In this document: positions 44,716-60,215 of the stretch, piece by piece
How positions within the stretch are numbered: position 1 is the stretch's first letter
Layout of the letters: each line of letters begins with the position of its first letter
Assembly: GCF_009914755.1 (NCBI RefSeq)
Contig: NC_060930.1
DNA: 64,000 bases
Reading direction: 5' to 3' (one strand)
Source of the DNA: the human T2T-CHM13v2.0 reference genome, Homo sapiens
Position numbers and translations under genes: made by a program
Notes under the pieces: model-generated
Told to the model about the DNA's origin: nothing
What the model saw: only the letters and a program-made list of their open reading frames with translations
Database searches by the model: none

Positions 44716-45095
44716 GTAAATTAAATCATATTATTAGTGACTCAAAAAAGTGGATTAAAACACTGTGGGGAAGACTGAGTGACTGATTAATATGTAGTTT
44801 ACATGTTAACTCAAAAATATTTGAAGTCAGAAAGAAAGCAAGACTTTTAAAACAGGTCAGACAACTAAACTAATGCTTCACCCTACGACTGTGTTTTTAA
44901 TGAGAGTAATTGCTAAGAGAAACTTGTCTTTACATGTATACATATAGAGTAATTATTTCCCCTCAGAAATTTATAAAGGGAAGCTATCATGAAACACCTT
45001 TAAATTAAGTAAAATGACTTTAGTTTTGTGCATGTGAAATTTTGGAATCACTTTGAGGTGAAATTGATTTATGATATCTCTCCTGCCTGCTAAAG

Positions 45096-45231
45096 GTACA
45101 ACTATGCAATGACCCTACAACTGCTGGGCTTGGAAGACGGCACTGACCCCAGTGATAGGAATCCTGTTCTGATGAGAGGGGCCTACTTGTCCTTTCTGTA
45201 TCTGTGCCACCTTCGAATCAGAGAACTGCAG
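45096..45231 (+). CDS. CCDC162P: Exon 12: (G)YNYAMTLQLLGLEDGTDPSDRNPVLMRGAYLSFLYLCHLRIRELQ
   Basis: ctgcctgctaaag|G ... CAG|gtatgt; 136 nt, phase 2->0; overlaps ORF 45109..45351. Confidence 0.88.
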
Positions 45232-45482
45232 GTATGTGGATGGCAGGCATCAGAAATGTCTGGTTGTCTAGAAAAGAGGTTTTCTGCTATTCCAATAGCA
45301 AATGGCATTTTATGCTTTTGCCCTTTGTTCCACTTTTTTTTTTCTTTTTAACATGGAATCAGCCCCTTTCCAGGGTGGTGTGTTCCTTTCCCACAGTAGG
45401 GTTGACCTGCCATCAAGTTGTATTCTATAGGGTGGACTAGGTGAAGGGCAGGGACCTGATTCTGTTCTTTTCTTTGTTTCAG

Positions 45483-45686
45483 CACATCTGCTTAGGAATT
45501 CTGAATTATTTCAGATCTGTTGAGCGAACCCTGACAATCAATACTTCGGGCCTTACCTTGGTTTCAGGGAAACTGGTCCCCACCATGGAAGATAGTTCCT
45601 GGGTAAATATGGCAAAAGGAGGTCTGGGCACCTTGCAGGGCCTGGGCGCTCACCACTATGTCCGTGAGACACCTGCTGAGCACAAG
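45483..45686 (+). CDS. CCDC162P: Exon 13: HICLGILNYFRSVERTLTINTSG...GAHHYVRETPAEHK
   Basis: tctttgtttcag|CAC ... AAG|gtgagg; 204 nt, phase 0->0; in ORF 45441..45749. Confidence 0.92.
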
Positions 45687-46511
45687 GTGAGGTGTTGTGC
45701 TGAGGTTTTTTCTTCCTTGATTATCCTGCCTCCCAAAGCCACCCTCTAGATAAGACCTGGAATCAATTAACATGATGGAGTAACACATGAGGGTTTCTTA
45801 GGGAAGAGGCCTTTTAATCATAATAAAACACAAGGTCTGCTTAAGAGCAAGTCACAGGCAGAGAGTGCCCTAAAGCAGCCCTGGAGGCCACACTGAGAAG
45901 GAAGAAATAGAGCATGAGAAGCCCTTCTGTTATCCTGGCCTGAGAACTTTACATCCTTACAGAGAAACTCTTAGAAGACTCCCCTTGACATTGCTATATG
46001 TACCTTTTTTGCCTCTTTTCTGTTTTCCAAGCTTCAAATGAAAAAAAAACTCAAAACAGAGGTAGAAAAACATTGGAAAGAGCTGAACAATAAAGAAATA
46101 TTTTATCCCTACAAACACCTGCTTGCCCCTTAGTGCATTTGGTGTTTCTAGAACATATTTTTCTACAAAGTCTATAAAATTTCAATCCTGCCTAACAAAA
46201 GGCCAATAAGACAAAATTCATATTAACTTTCTTTCTTTGAGAATAAAGTTGAGAATGCTTATATTTTATTGGACTATTGTAGACACTCTTGTAATATTTT
46301 AATCTCAATCCCTAGAGAGTTTATTCCTGAAGATAGAGTTTAATATGAATTTTATCTTCTTAAAAATGCTAGATTGACAAAGGTGAAAAATAAAATCTAT
46401 TTAGCTACAAAACAAGTCATTTTCTAAGCTAGTGTGACCTCTGACTTATGCCTGTTGTGTCTGTAAGTGTAAAATCTTACTCTTAACTGTTGTTCGTATG
46501 CACACAGTCTA

Positions 46512-46822
46512 GAGCAACAGTGGCCAGCAGAAATATAATGCAAGCCACATACATTATTTAAAATGTTCTAGTAGCTACATTTTAAAAAGTACAAAGAAAC
46601 ATGAAATTTTAAATAATATAATCTGTTTAGCCCAATGTCTATATTATCATTTCTACATATAATCAATATTAATAAATCATTGAGTGATTATACATTTTTT
46701 GTACTAAGTGTTTAAAATCTGGTGTATATTTTATATACAGATAACACATTTTAACTCAGACAAGCCACACTTCAGGGGCTTAACAGCCACATGTGGCTAG
46801 AGGCCACATGTACTGAACAGTT
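46512..46822. mobile_element. MER33-like hAT-Charlie element
   Basis: agaaatataatgcaagccacata...aacagccacatgtggctag. Confidence 0.7.
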
Positions 46823-47308
46823 CAGCTTCAGATATTGGGATTTTTTTTTTTATTTTCCCAACCAGTCACTTAGAGTCCTACCTTCACTCAATCTTCAGGA
46901 CACCCTTCTCTTTTGGGTCTCCTACCCTAAAAAGCACCCACCAACTCCTACTCCCTCACGACACACAGACTTCCTCTCAGATCTTCCTTTACCCCTCTGC
47001 CCTCCTCCTTGGGTTCTAGCTCATCAAGCCCAATTAGTTTGGCCCTCAGTGGAACTAGAGAGGTGAGTTAAGACACTTTTAATACAAACATGCTACAAAA
47101 CAAGCACATCTTTCTCTTACTAGTATTGATCCAACCACAGCTGTGGTACGTTATTATGCTAATGGATATTTTTGAAAATGTTCTTACTAAAGAGCCCTCT
47201 CTGTCTCTCTGTTCTGGGTTTGGGTAGGAGATAGATATAAAGGAGGAGAGGATAGGCAAATACTGTCCTGCCATACTCATTGTAGGAGGAACTTCTCGGG
47301 GTAATGCA

Positions 47309-47612
47309 TTTTATTTATATATATTTTTTGAGGTGGAGTTTTGCTGTTGTTGCCCAGGCTGGAGTGCAGTGGCGCAATCTGAGCTCACTGCAACCTCTGT
47401 CTCCTGTGTTCGAGTGATTCTCCTGCCTCAGCCTCCCGAGTAGCTGGGATTATGGGTGCCCACCCCCACACCCAGCTAATTTTTGTATTTTTAGTAGAGA
47501 CAAGGTTTCACTAGGTTGGCCAGGCTGGTCTCAAACTCCTGACCTCAGGTGATCCACCCGCCTCGGCCTCCCAAAGTGCTGGGATTACAGGTGTGAGCTG
47601 ACGCGCCCGGCC
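47309..47612 (-). mobile_element. AluS
   Basis: Antisense dimer. Confidence 0.94.
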
Positions 47613-48365
47613 TTAATGCAATATTTCTTTCCTATGCTCTCATAAATGATAAGAAAAACAGTGCCTATTTTTGTTCTTAATAGCTCCCAGCTGCTATTAC
47701 TTCAGTATGAGACACTCAAGGAAGTGGCCTTCTGTCTGTCTTTAATAGGACTACTTGGTTTAGCTACACCCCATGGGTGTGGCCTTGTCAATATTTACAC
47801 CAGGATATCCAGCTCTGGACGGTGTGATTCTTTCCCCCAGAGGGGATGGGAGTCAGAGATGTTAATCTGTTGGGTTGAACTCACCAAGCCCAGGGCTGAG
47901 GCTGCTGGGAGCAAACCACTGGGCTTACCAGACCTCAGGAAGGCTCCTAAAATGGAGACCCCTTTTCCTGGGTCCAGTGAATTTGATCTCATGCTGAAAG
48001 TCTTGGGCTAATATTAATGAATGTTCACTCAACAACAATGCCAGAAGAAAAAGGCACCTACCATCTGTCTTGGACACTTTGCCACTCTATAAGCCTACTT
48101 AAAGGCATGTGGCAGAGTAGAAAGAGCCCCAGAATGAGAGCCAGCAGCCTTTACCTGGCTGTTGACCTTGATTGTGTCTTCTCAGGCATGGGGGCCTGAT
48201 ACCCTGTGGCATGTTCAGGATCTGCTGGGACTTGACGTGCTGGTAGCAGAGGTTGTTGTGAGGAAGCGGTAGGAGATGAGGCAGCAGAAAAGTGGGCCCG
48301 ATCATGAAGGGTTAGGCTCTCCTTAGAGTGGGGGACTAATTCCAAGGTTGGTGGGAGAACAGAGA

Positions 48366-48654
48366 ATTTTTTTTTTTTCTTGAGACAGAGTCTTGCTCTG
48401 TCACCCAGGCTGGAGTGCAGTGGCATGATCTCAGCTCACTGCAACCTCCACTTACTGAGTTCAAGTGATTCTCATGCCTCAGTCTGCCAAATAGCTGAGA
48501 CTATACCATCATGCCCAGCTAATTTTTGTACTTTTAGTAGAGATGGAGTTTTACCATGTTGGCCAGGCTGGTCTCAAATTCCTGACCTCAAGTGATCCAC
48601 CCGCCTCGGCCTGCCAAAGTGCTGCGATTGCAGGCATGAGCCACCGCGCCCAGC
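48366..48654 (-). mobile_element. AluS
   Basis: Antisense dimer; near-TSD ggagaac. Confidence 0.93.
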
Positions 48655-50814
48655 CCGGAGAACTCTTTTAAATGGGAGAATGGCTCTTTTCATTGGCTTG
48701 TAAATTTCCAGAGGATCTTTGCCCATATGTAATCACATTTATTCCCTTGCTTGTAGTCCTTCGTGAGTTTCCTGTTTGTCACAAGACAAAGTCCAGGCTC
48801 CTTGGTGAAGCTGACAATGTTGGGCACAATCTGGCTGCTGCTAACCTCTCAGACCTCATTTATCTCCACTGTCCCTATATGTCCATCCTTAGGGAGCTGG
48901 GCCTAGACCTCCCCTGAATGGGCAGAGCTATCCGTACTTCTGGGCTCCTCTGTCCCTCACCTCCCCTTTCCTTGGTAAATGTGCACTCTTATCCAGAGTC
49001 TGCTCAAATATCACCTTTCTGGGCCTTCCTTGACATCTCAATGCAGAGCTAAGTGCTTCTCGCCATGACTTTGTCTACTTCCATTATAGCACTGAGCACA
49101 TTGCTGTGCTTGACTGTTGGCATGTTTGTTCCCACAGGCTGTGAGCCTATCACTCATCCATTCATTCACTCATTCCACAAATATTCTGACCAATAAATAT
49201 ACTAGGCACGGTTCCAGGCACTGGGATTTCAGCAGTGAACAAAATGGGCACAAATTCTGCCATCTTGAGACTTATTGCATGAAGAAATACAGACATTAAA
49301 TAAATAAGTAACATATATAGAACGTTCAATGATTTGGCACCAAAGCTTCCATAGACTTCCTGAACAAATCTGGATGTATTTTAAAGGTGCAGCCAGCATG
49401 ATTTTCAGATAGAGAAATCAAGTTTGATTCCAAAGCTTTGGCCTAACCATTTGGAAGTTTAGAGTTGCCATCAACTGAGACTTGGTTGAAGCAGATTTGT
49501 TGGGAAGATCTGGATCTCAGTACAGGACATGGAAAGTTTGAGATGCTTAACAAGATGTTCAGGTGGCAAAAGGTAGTAGAGAGCTGGATATATACTGATA
49601 CATTGCAGGTATCAAATGTTTATTTGATAAAAGAAAAGTTCTGCCTATAACAGAATGGTAGCATGCTTACAAGAAGACCATGTACATGAAAGTGCTTTGC
49701 AAAGTTATCATGTTGTTCAAATGCAGAACAATTAGCTGTGATAATAATAACGTACTCTACAGACTAGAAAGAAAGGCAGAGTAGAAAATATATTTGATTT
49801 TCTTTTTAAAAGATTATAGCCAATAGACTGAGTCATTCACCCAACAAATCTTGATGGGGTTCTTAGGCAGAACTATTATTATCCAAAATTAATGCAAGAT
49901 GACTTACAAAAAGGTAAACTAGTCGGAGAAATATTGTCTATATTGCCAAAAGGCCTAAAATTCACATTAACAAGTGATGGCAGAAGCCACTAGGGTGAAA
50001 GGAATGAATGATGGGCCACCAATTTTCCTATAGTTACTATATTCAGCAAATAGTTATCTTGGCATCGGTTAATTTTCAAACTAAAAACATATGAATCATT
50101 GCAAAGGTCATATTATTTCTTACCCAAACAGATAATTATTGCCCTCTTCCTTCTGCCACTCCTCCAAACATAATATTGAAGGATCAACTCTCTAGGCCAC
50201 AAAACCATTAGAGGGAGGGTCTTCCACATGACTGTGGAAAAAATGAAAATAAACAGGAAATAAAGAAACATTAAAGTAACTGAGGCAATTTGGTCATCTG
50301 ATCTTTAAAGTGTATCTCCTGTGGCATAAGCATGTATTTCAGAGACATGGGACTGAGGGAGGAAGACAGCAAATTATGGCAGAAAGAGAAGGAATATGTA
50401 TGCCTATATAAAGGGTTTGGACAATGGGATGTGGATGGGAAGAGTGGAAAAATGACCACTAATATAGATGATGGCATTAAAGTTGGCATCTTGACAATAC
50501 TATTGCTTTTCATCAGCTTCAGAACTTAATCCAATTGCCATTGCCTGAAAGACTTATAAAATTCTTCTGTACAAGAACTTTGGGAAAGGTCTTTTCCAAT
50601 AAAGTGAATAAAGCATAACACATTAAGTTGTTTCTTTTTTCCTCAAAGGCAAGCTCATTTTACATAACAAGAGACAGGAGCTAAATGCTAATAGAAGCCA
50701 ACATGGTAATTTATATATCTTAGCTGTTTAATTTTTTTATGGAACATGTCCTTTTCTCAGCATCTTTTCTATTTTCCACTGGTACCAATCATTTTGTAAG
50801 AAATCATAATTTCA

Positions 50815-51104
50815 GGTTGGACGCAGTGGGTCACGCCTGTAATCCCAGCACTTTGGGAGGCTGAGGCAGGTGGATCACTTGAGGTCAGGAGTTCAAGATC
50901 AGCCTGACCAACATGGTGAAACCCCATCTCTACCAAAACTACAAAAAATTAGCCAGGCATAGTGGTGCATGCCTGTAATCCTAGTTATTCAGAAGGCTGA
51001 GGCAGAATAGCTTGAACCCAGGAGGTGGAGGTTGCAGTGAGCCAAGGTTGCACCTCTGCACTCCAGCCTGGGTAACAGAGTGAGACACCATTTGAAAAAA
51101 AAAA
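50815..51104 (+). mobile_element. AluS
   Basis: Dimer with A-tail. Confidence 0.93.
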
Positions 51105-51160
51105 AGATAATTTCATTTTTGGAATTCTAGTCAAAGGAAGCTACTAATTATTAAAAAGTT

Positions 51161-51527
<367 letters not shown>

Positions 51528-51983
51528 TTATGAAGTATCCTTTTGATGAAATATTATGAACTATAACTATTATTTAGAAATGTTCACATTTACTTATTGG
51601 AAGGTTTCTATGTTTCTGCTTGAATGGTTAAGAAACAGCCCATAAAAACTAATTATACAGTCATAGAAGTGAAGGGACCCAAAGAGCGACCCCATCCATC
51701 TTTCTGATATTGGCAATTAACCATCTAAGCAGATGATAATCTGTCCTGTTTGTTAAGATTCCAGGAGTGTTCCTGTAGTACTACAGGCAAGGCCACATAA
51801 ACAAAACAATTGATAGGTCTTCAGACAGCCAGGATATGATTGCTTAAAATTTATAGATAAATGGATTCTATACAACTGATTACTTAGCAAAGTTTTTATA
51901 AGAGTTAATAGATATAAGATGAAAGATTGGGAGCCAGTGGTTCCATAGCTTAAATGACTCATGAGTAACAACTAAGAAAATCA

Positions 51984-53010
<1,027 letters not shown>

Positions 53011-53011
53011 A

Positions 53012-53038
53012 ATAGATAGATAGATCTATAGATAGGAA

Positions 53039-53069
<31 letters not shown>

Positions 53070-53083
53070 AGAGATGATAGATA
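53012..53083. repeat. (GATA)n/(GA)n compound microsatellite in L1 tail
   Basis: Direct reading. Confidence 0.85.
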
Positions 53084-53942
53084 TCTAGGCCAGTGTTTTT
53101 TAACCTCCTTTCCATTATGGCTTCCCCAACAAATAACCTTTTTCAACTTTTTTTTTTCCCCTACTCTCCCCCTACAAAGAAATATTAACACCAGAGATAT
53201 GCCATAGATTTGCTTATGTGCAATGTGTGTATCTGTGCTTCATATATAAAAAGAATAAGATTTTTTTTGTCCTCCAAGAACCACTTTCCACCTGGGCATT
53301 ATCCCCCCATATAGAATGTATGTATTAGGCTGTGGTGACATGAGATCAGAATCTATGAAGGCAAAACACAGGATTTTTGATGGGCATATGTTAAAAGCAC
53401 AGGCATATGTTAAAAGCATATGTTAAAAGTAGAGATTACAAATCATAGACTCAAAGAAACCTATATGCGCAAATATAAAAACCATTCATACATTCTTTTA
53501 TTTAACAGATATTTTCTAAGCACCTACTATGTGTTAGGCCCTGTGCTAGGCAATGAGAATAAAATGATGAACAAAAATAGACATGTTCCTTACCCTTACA
53601 GTACTTTGTAATCCAGTGGGTGAGATAAATATTGGTCAAAAATCACACAAATGAATGTAAAACAGGGACATCAAGTTCCTCAAAAGAGAGACTGAGAGCT
53701 CCTTGGTACTATAGGGAGGCTGGGGCAGGAGGGTTTTAAGGAAGTGACGATTGAGCTGAGGTTGGAAAATGAAAAGTCTTTAATTAGGTAAAAAGGAGAG
53801 GGAGACCTTTCCACAGAGTGGGGACAGCCTGTGCAAAGGACCTGTGGCCAGAGGGATCATGGCACCTATAAGAAACCAAAAGACAGGAGTGGTTGGGGCA
53901 CAGACACGAGGTGGAAGGTGATGCACAATGGAACTTAGCTCT

Positions 53943-54153
53943 GAGTTTCTCAGCCTTGGCACGATTGATTTTTGGGGCCTGATAATTCTTTGCTGTGAGA
54001 AGCTCTCCTGTCCATTACAGGATATTTAACAGCATCCCTGGCCTCTACCCAGATGCCAGCAGTACCTCCCACTAAGTCATGACAACCAGAAGTATCTCCA
54101 GACATGGCCAAATGTCCTCTGGAGGGCAAAATCACTCTCAGCTGAAAAACACT
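53943..54153. mobile_element. MER20, opposite orientation to 7767-8015
   Basis: tttctcagccttggcac...agcatccctggcctctaccca...ccagacatggccaaatgtcc...aaaaacactg. Confidence 0.82.
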
Positions 54154-54455
54154 GGACTAGAGGGATAGGCATGGGCCAGATTGTATGGCCCTGTTAAGGA
54201 GTTTTGCTTTATTCTGTGGCCCATGGGAAGCCTCTTAGGGATAGAAAAGGGGGAAGGGGGAATGACACAATCAGAATTGCATTTGTAAAAGTTCCCCAGC
54301 CAGCAGTGAGTAAAATGGAGAGGAGGGAAAGCCCAGGCCAGAGGAGTCATGGATAGACCATTTAAGAGGCTAGGCCAGTTTAGAAGCTCCTAGACTAGTC
54401 CTCATGAAATATAATAGCTTGGACTAGGGTAGTGGGTAGTGGAGATGGGAAGAAG

Positions 54456-55217
54456 TGAAACGGGAGAGTTCCCTGATTTCCCCTCGTAGAATGTGTGACA
54501 GGGATGTGGCTCGCCTGTTTCATGGCCCTGCCGCTCAAACCCCAAGGAGGAGCATGCAGACAGGCAGGTGCAGAGGCCAGGGCAAGTGCTTTGTGCTCTC
54601 AGCGCCACTTAGTGTCTAGCGGTGGGTGCCTGCAACCCGTGTTACAAAGCCCTTTCAGCTTTGCTGTCTGCAGATGGCTTGAGTGCTAATCAGCTCAATG
54701 GACCCTCTGCCTTATCACAAGGGCAGACGGCCAGTGCGACAGCCTTCTGTATCCCGAGCTCTTGCCCAGTGTCCCGGAAGAATCGGATCACACGCAGGCT
54801 TGAAGGATGAATGCAAGGTTTTATTGAGTGGTGGAGGTGGCTCTCAGTGAGATGGATGGGAAGCTAGAGGTGGAGGGGTGGGGGAGATAATCTTCTGAAG
54901 TTCAGCTGTTTTCGGCAGAACTCCTCTGGACGTTCAGAGGCCTCTTCCCTCCTTCTCTGTTGTGCTGCTCTGCTTTCTGCCTCTCTCTGCTGCTCTGTTC
55001 CTCTGTTCCTCTCAACATTCAGCTTCTTGCGTGTGTGCCCGCTAAGGTCTCAGGTTTATATGGGCACAGGATGGTGGGCCAGAGTGGTCTTGGAAAATGC
55101 AACATTCGGGCACAAAAGCAGGAGTACCTGTTCTCCCTTAGGTCTGAGGGCATAGGCCCAAGGGTGGAACCCTCACCCTTCTCTACTCAGCACTTCCCTG
55201 ACCCACCTCCTATATCA
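54456..55217 (-). mobile_element. ERV1 solo LTR (LTR1/LTR27/LTR28-like group)
   Basis: TG...CA ends, perfect 4-bp TSD GAAG (54452-54455, 55218-55221); - strand TATAAA 55055-55060 and AATAAA 54820-54825. Confidence 0.85.
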
Positions 55218-56391
55218 GAAGTGGATGTATTTGAGAGACAGGAAGTAAAACTAACAGAACTTGGTGATAGATTGGACAAGTAGGGCGAGGCAGAAAGAGA
55301 TGTCGTGAATGATTCATGCTAGAGGAAGTGGATGGGTGGTGGTGCTATTTAGTAAAATCGGCTGGAGATAGCCTGGGTTTGCGGGGGAAGATTTAATGAT
55401 TTGATCATTGTTAAAATTGAGGGGGCTTTGAGATGCCCAGGAGCAGTTGCCAAATAGGTAATTGGATGTGCGGGTCCGGAGCTCTAGGGGGTCTGGATTG
55501 GAGGCATAAACTGGGGAGCAAATGGTCTAAAGGTGGTAATCTCAGCTATGAAAATGTCTGCCACCTCCTAGGGAAGGAACAGAGGAGGAAAAGAGGAGGT
55601 CCTAGGAGGCGGCTTGAGAGTGGCCATCATTTAAGGACTTGGTAGAGAAAAATAAATACACTTCACAGTGTCAGACAGAATGACCGGAAACTAGGCAAAA
55701 TCAGGGAGAACGTGGAGTCCCAGATGCCCGGAGAAGAGAGTGAGTCAAGAATCAGGAAGCACTAAATTATATCAGATGCTCCTGAGAGATTACGTAAGAT
55801 GATGAAAGAAAGTTTGTTGCATGTAGAGCAGTGGTCATTGTTGGTCTTAGTGAGGGTGGTTTGGGTGGCTCGATGGAGCCAAGGGCCAGATGGGAATGGG
55901 TTGAAGAGTGGGAGGTGAAGAAATAGAAATGGAGATTGTAGATAACATCTTGGGAGATTGGACAGTGAGGGGGAGGAGAGCCACACAGTGGAACCTGGGG
56001 AAGGGTGTGAGGAAGTTTCACAATGAGAGGGACGTGTGCACATTTCAGTGTCAAGAGTCCAGCGGAGAGGAGTGGGATATCCATGAAGGAGCAGGGATGC
56101 TGCTGAGGTGGGAGGCAGCGGCCCTAGAGAAGGGGGGCAACACTGTCCTCCACTGTGCGGAGGAAGGAGGAGGGGAGAGATGTGAGCCCTGGGGAGGCGG
56201 CGGAGAGTGGCGCGCAGAGGAGCTCCTCCTGGGAGTAAGAGGAGACTACGCCTGGGAGGGAGGGATTCCGAGGCTTGAGGAGAGTGGAGGTTGGAAATTG
56301 TGAAAATTATTATTAAAATAACGATTCTCAGGAAGCAGCAGATACTCAGTTTTCTAAGAAAAATAACATTATGATTGAAATACTTCTTACT

Positions 56392-56822
56392 TGTATTCGA
56401 TTCCTAGGATTATCAAAACAAAGTACCACAAACTGTGTCTCACAATGACAGAAATTTATTCTCTCACAGTCTGGAGCCACAAATCCAAAATCCAGGTGTC
56501 AGCAGGACCGTGCTTTCTCTGAAGGTTCTAGAGGTGATAGTTCCTTGCCTCTTTCAGCTCCTGGTAGTTGCTGGCAACCCTTGGCAATCCTTGGCATTCC
56601 TTGACTCACCCTAGTCTCTACCTCTGTCTTCACATGACCTTCTCCCTTACGTGTCTGTCTCCAAATTTCGTAAGGATCACAGTCATTGAATTAGGCCCAC
56701 TCTCATCCAGTATGACTTCATCTTAACTTGATTACATCTGCAAAGACCTATTTTCAAATAAGTTCTCATTCACAGGTTCCAGGTAGACATGAATTTTGGG
56801 GGACACTATTCAACTTAGTACA
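56392..56822 (-). mobile_element. MLT1B/C-type MaLR solo LTR
   Basis: aacaaagtaccacaaactg...cagaaatttattctctcacagt...gggggacactattcaac. Confidence 0.8.
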
Positions 56823-56959
56823 TTAGTAAGCCATGAAACTGTGCTAACACATTTTAGAAGTACTTATAGAATTACAAGAAAAATAGTTTTAACCTAACAT
56901 TTAAGGATTCCAAGTGCCTTACACTCATAGAGTCACATACTCCTGGCAGCTAACATAGT

Positions 56960-57090
56960 CTATAGTGTCTCCACAGTCCCCATGTTACAGATGAGGAAAC
57001 GGAGGCTGGGAATAGCTGAATGACCTGCCCAGGATGAGATCCTGGCAGAGCCAGAGCCTGAACCCAGGCATTCTGACTCCAGAGACCACT
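56960..57090. mobile_element. MIR
   Basis: ttacagatgaggaaacggaggct...tgacctgcccagga core. Confidence 0.75.
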
Positions 57091-57364
57091 CTAGGCTCTA
57101 TTTCCTACCTTTCTCCAGTTGCTACTGAATTTGTCAGAAAAACAAACTAATCAGCTAGTTATCCACCTCAGGAACTACCTCTTCCTGCCAATATTCTTTG
57201 TTAATATGTTTTCTGCATACAGCTTTTTATACATTCAGAATATTTACAGCTTCATACTGGCAGCCCACTGTGTGGGAGCAGAAGCCTGCTGCTTGTCCAT
57301 GTGGGATGGCAAAATATAGCTCTCCTTTTTCCAGTAACATCTGGGCTTGGCTTTCTTTCTCCAG

Positions 57365-57557
57365 GTCCACAGCGTCCAATTCATGGAGTTCTCGGAAGTG
57401 GAGAACCAGGATGACTACTACAGCACAGAAGCTGGCTGCATCCACACCCAGGACCAGCAAGGGGTGCATGTCATGTATGAGGAAGCCTTGAGTGATCTCA
57501 AGGAACTAGAGGCAGAGTTGCTGCTTGTGGCTAGCCATTACATTGAGAAAGAAAGGG
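57365..57557 (+). CDS. CCDC162P: Exon 14: VHSVQFMEFSEVENQDDYYSTEAG...ELLLVASHYIEKER(G)
   Basis: ctttctttctccag|GTC ... G|gtgaga; 193 nt, phase 0->1; in ORF 57347..57604. Confidence 0.92.
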
Positions 57558-60215
57558 GTGAGAAGTCAGATTTAAAAAAAAAAAAAAATCAACTGCCTAA
57601 ATAAACAAAAAACACTAAGGGCTCCTTTTTAATACTCTCCACCCCAAAATATAAACACATATCCAATAGTATGTGAAAACTCAATAAGCGCACACTTCCC
57701 CCACCCCTAAAATGCATTCACTTTAGGAGAGACACAGTTCTGTTTCCAGCTCAAGCCCTGCTTCTGATAGAGATGGTGACTACTCTTTCAGGGCCGGGTT
57801 GTAATTCTTGCTGTGATTCAGACTCTGTTTGTTGACCAGGGACATTTCTTTTCTTTCTTTTTTTTTTTTGTTGTTGCAGCAGGAAGTTTCCTTTATAAAT
57901 GGAGAGTTGGATGATACACAGTTCTAGCGTAAGGCCTCAGTCACTGGGCCCCAGGAGACAGAAAGGAGCAGGGCTGAGAGGGACGACATGCTCCAGGGCT
58001 CATGTCACACTGATATGTGCGCCAGGAATGACCGCCCATGTACTCCTAAAGTTCAACCCACCCACCAGTTCAGTCAAGAATTATGCTTTTAATTCTTCAT
58101 GTTTGGCCACTGAAGATCAAATCCACCATGATAACAGGATTTCAGTACAACAGGCTCTTTCCAGTTACGACAGACAAAGATGTCCAGGCTCTTGATAAGA
58201 AACAAAAGTTCCTTTGACTTCTCTTGCGAGGACCGAAGAGATAAATGTTTTCTTTGTGATCTGTTGAAATGTTTATATAGACTTGAAAAAACAACTAACA
58301 GTCATTCTGTGCTCTGGTTCCCTGGAAGGTTTCTCATGATCTCCCCTTCAATAGCTAGAGGGCTTGTGTGTCAGGGAACAAAGAATTAAGACACTTTAAG
58401 CGATAAAAATCCTAGTGCAACACTCAGAGGCAGATCGTGGGCTTGAGGGGGCCGGAGGGGTGCGAGGCAGGTGCTTTGACTGAGGAGCAGGTGCTGCCTT
58501 CTGGGAAAGCCTAGTGGAGACAGAAGCAGGAGCAGGAAGCCCTGCCAGGGAAGGCCCAGTTTCTTCCTTGCTCTCCTGAGGTACAAGGGACAGCACGGCC
58601 CCTGCATTTTCATTTCTCAGGGCCAAAGACCTGACCTCTGACCCTCTACCCACTCTGGTGACCTGCACGCTAAATTGGGTGGTTTCTGACTAAAACAGGC
58701 TTAAGCCAAGAATTGGGATTTTACTCCCAGGGGCATTTCTGCGTCACCCACTGGGTGCAGGGGATGTGGTGCAGGACCCTGAAGGAAGGAAAGTAAGCAA
58801 GTGAAACAAATGACTTTTCTAAGTGGTAGACCTTGAGGAAACTGCATTTAGCAGCAGAGACAGCCCTGAGTTCCTAACAGGAAACCACTAGGATGCAAGA
58901 ACATCTGGCTAGGAAAATGCCAGACAAGCCCCAGAGGAAGAAATCATTACTCAGGGTAATCAAGTAACCCATAACCTGTATTTTCTCTTCCTTTTGGCAT
59001 CACTCAAATCGATCCAATTTTAGAAATGAATGAGGTAAGAATATTCTTTTGGGATACTATGACAGCATTGGAATTACACTTGCAAAGAGCTTAGAATTTC
59101 TAGACACATTGCAATACCTAAAGGGAAACTTAATCAGGGTTTGTGCTATTTTGTAATATGTGTAGACTGTAATTAAAGATAATTCACATTCATATTGTTA
59201 TAAAATGCTGCTCAAAGAAAGTTTGACAACTAACTTTTCAGATCCTAGACAGAATTAATTTGATATAGGATTGAACTCTTTGTCCTGTCTTTGCCATTGG
59301 TATCTGAATCATAGGACGCAATGATGGCATCCAACATTCCAGGGTATTTAATTTCAGCCCTTAGCTTTTATCTTTACTGGTTATCCTACAAACCAATGCA
59401 CCATTTGGTCCATATTAATTTATAATAGCATGCAACTATTTCTAGCTGCTAAGAATTTAACTGGACTGAGACACTTAGTCAGTAGTCATTTAACCACATG
59501 GGCATTTTTCAATTGAGCTGGTAAATGTATAGTCATCTATTGTGAAATGATTTCCCAACTGTTGCTACGGAAGTTCTTGATCATCTTTCTCTTGCTTAGT
59601 ACCCATTAGATATGTGATAATTATTGAGCTTAAATTTCAGCACATGAAAGTATCTTATCTTTGAATATTTAATTCTGAAATACAATAGTTAAAAATTTAA
59701 AGCAATAATAATACCAGTAGTGAAAAGTAACGTGAACAAAGTTAAAAAAAATCAGCTGAATAATGAAAATTAACTTCATTGATTTAAGTTAGTAATTAAC
59801 ATAATTAAGGAATATCTTGGAAACGTTTCTGAAAATTTTCGACTTGGTTCACAATGATGGAAATAGCAAGTCAAACTAAGTTTGTTGTTAAACCCCCAGG
59901 GGTTTGTTTTTAGAGAAGGAGAAATGTATACTTTGCCTTTAAATTGTGGGTTTAAGGACATTTTAGCATAGATTTCTTGTTAACTAAATTTTGACTCTAT
60001 TTCTAAGATTAGTCTTTGAAACTGAATTTTAAAAATAAAAACAAAAGCTCCTGTCGACTTAGAAGTCAACAAGTATGAAGTCAGGCTTTGTCCCAGGGAC
60101 TGGTTCAGTATTTCTGTTTCTGAGATGGAGCTGATAATCCAAGGGGCACATTTCTAATTGGAACAGGTTCCTTGGAAGCCCTGTCTCTAAACATTCTCAC
60201 CCTCTTTTCTCCCAG

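Larger units (their letters stand above)
53482..55910 (-). mobile_element. Degenerate L2, interrupted by MER20 and an ERV1 LTR
   Basis: cattc...aacagatattt...agcacctactatgtgttaggccctgtgctaggc (antisense L2 3' end) and a purine-rich L2 body. Confidence 0.7.
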
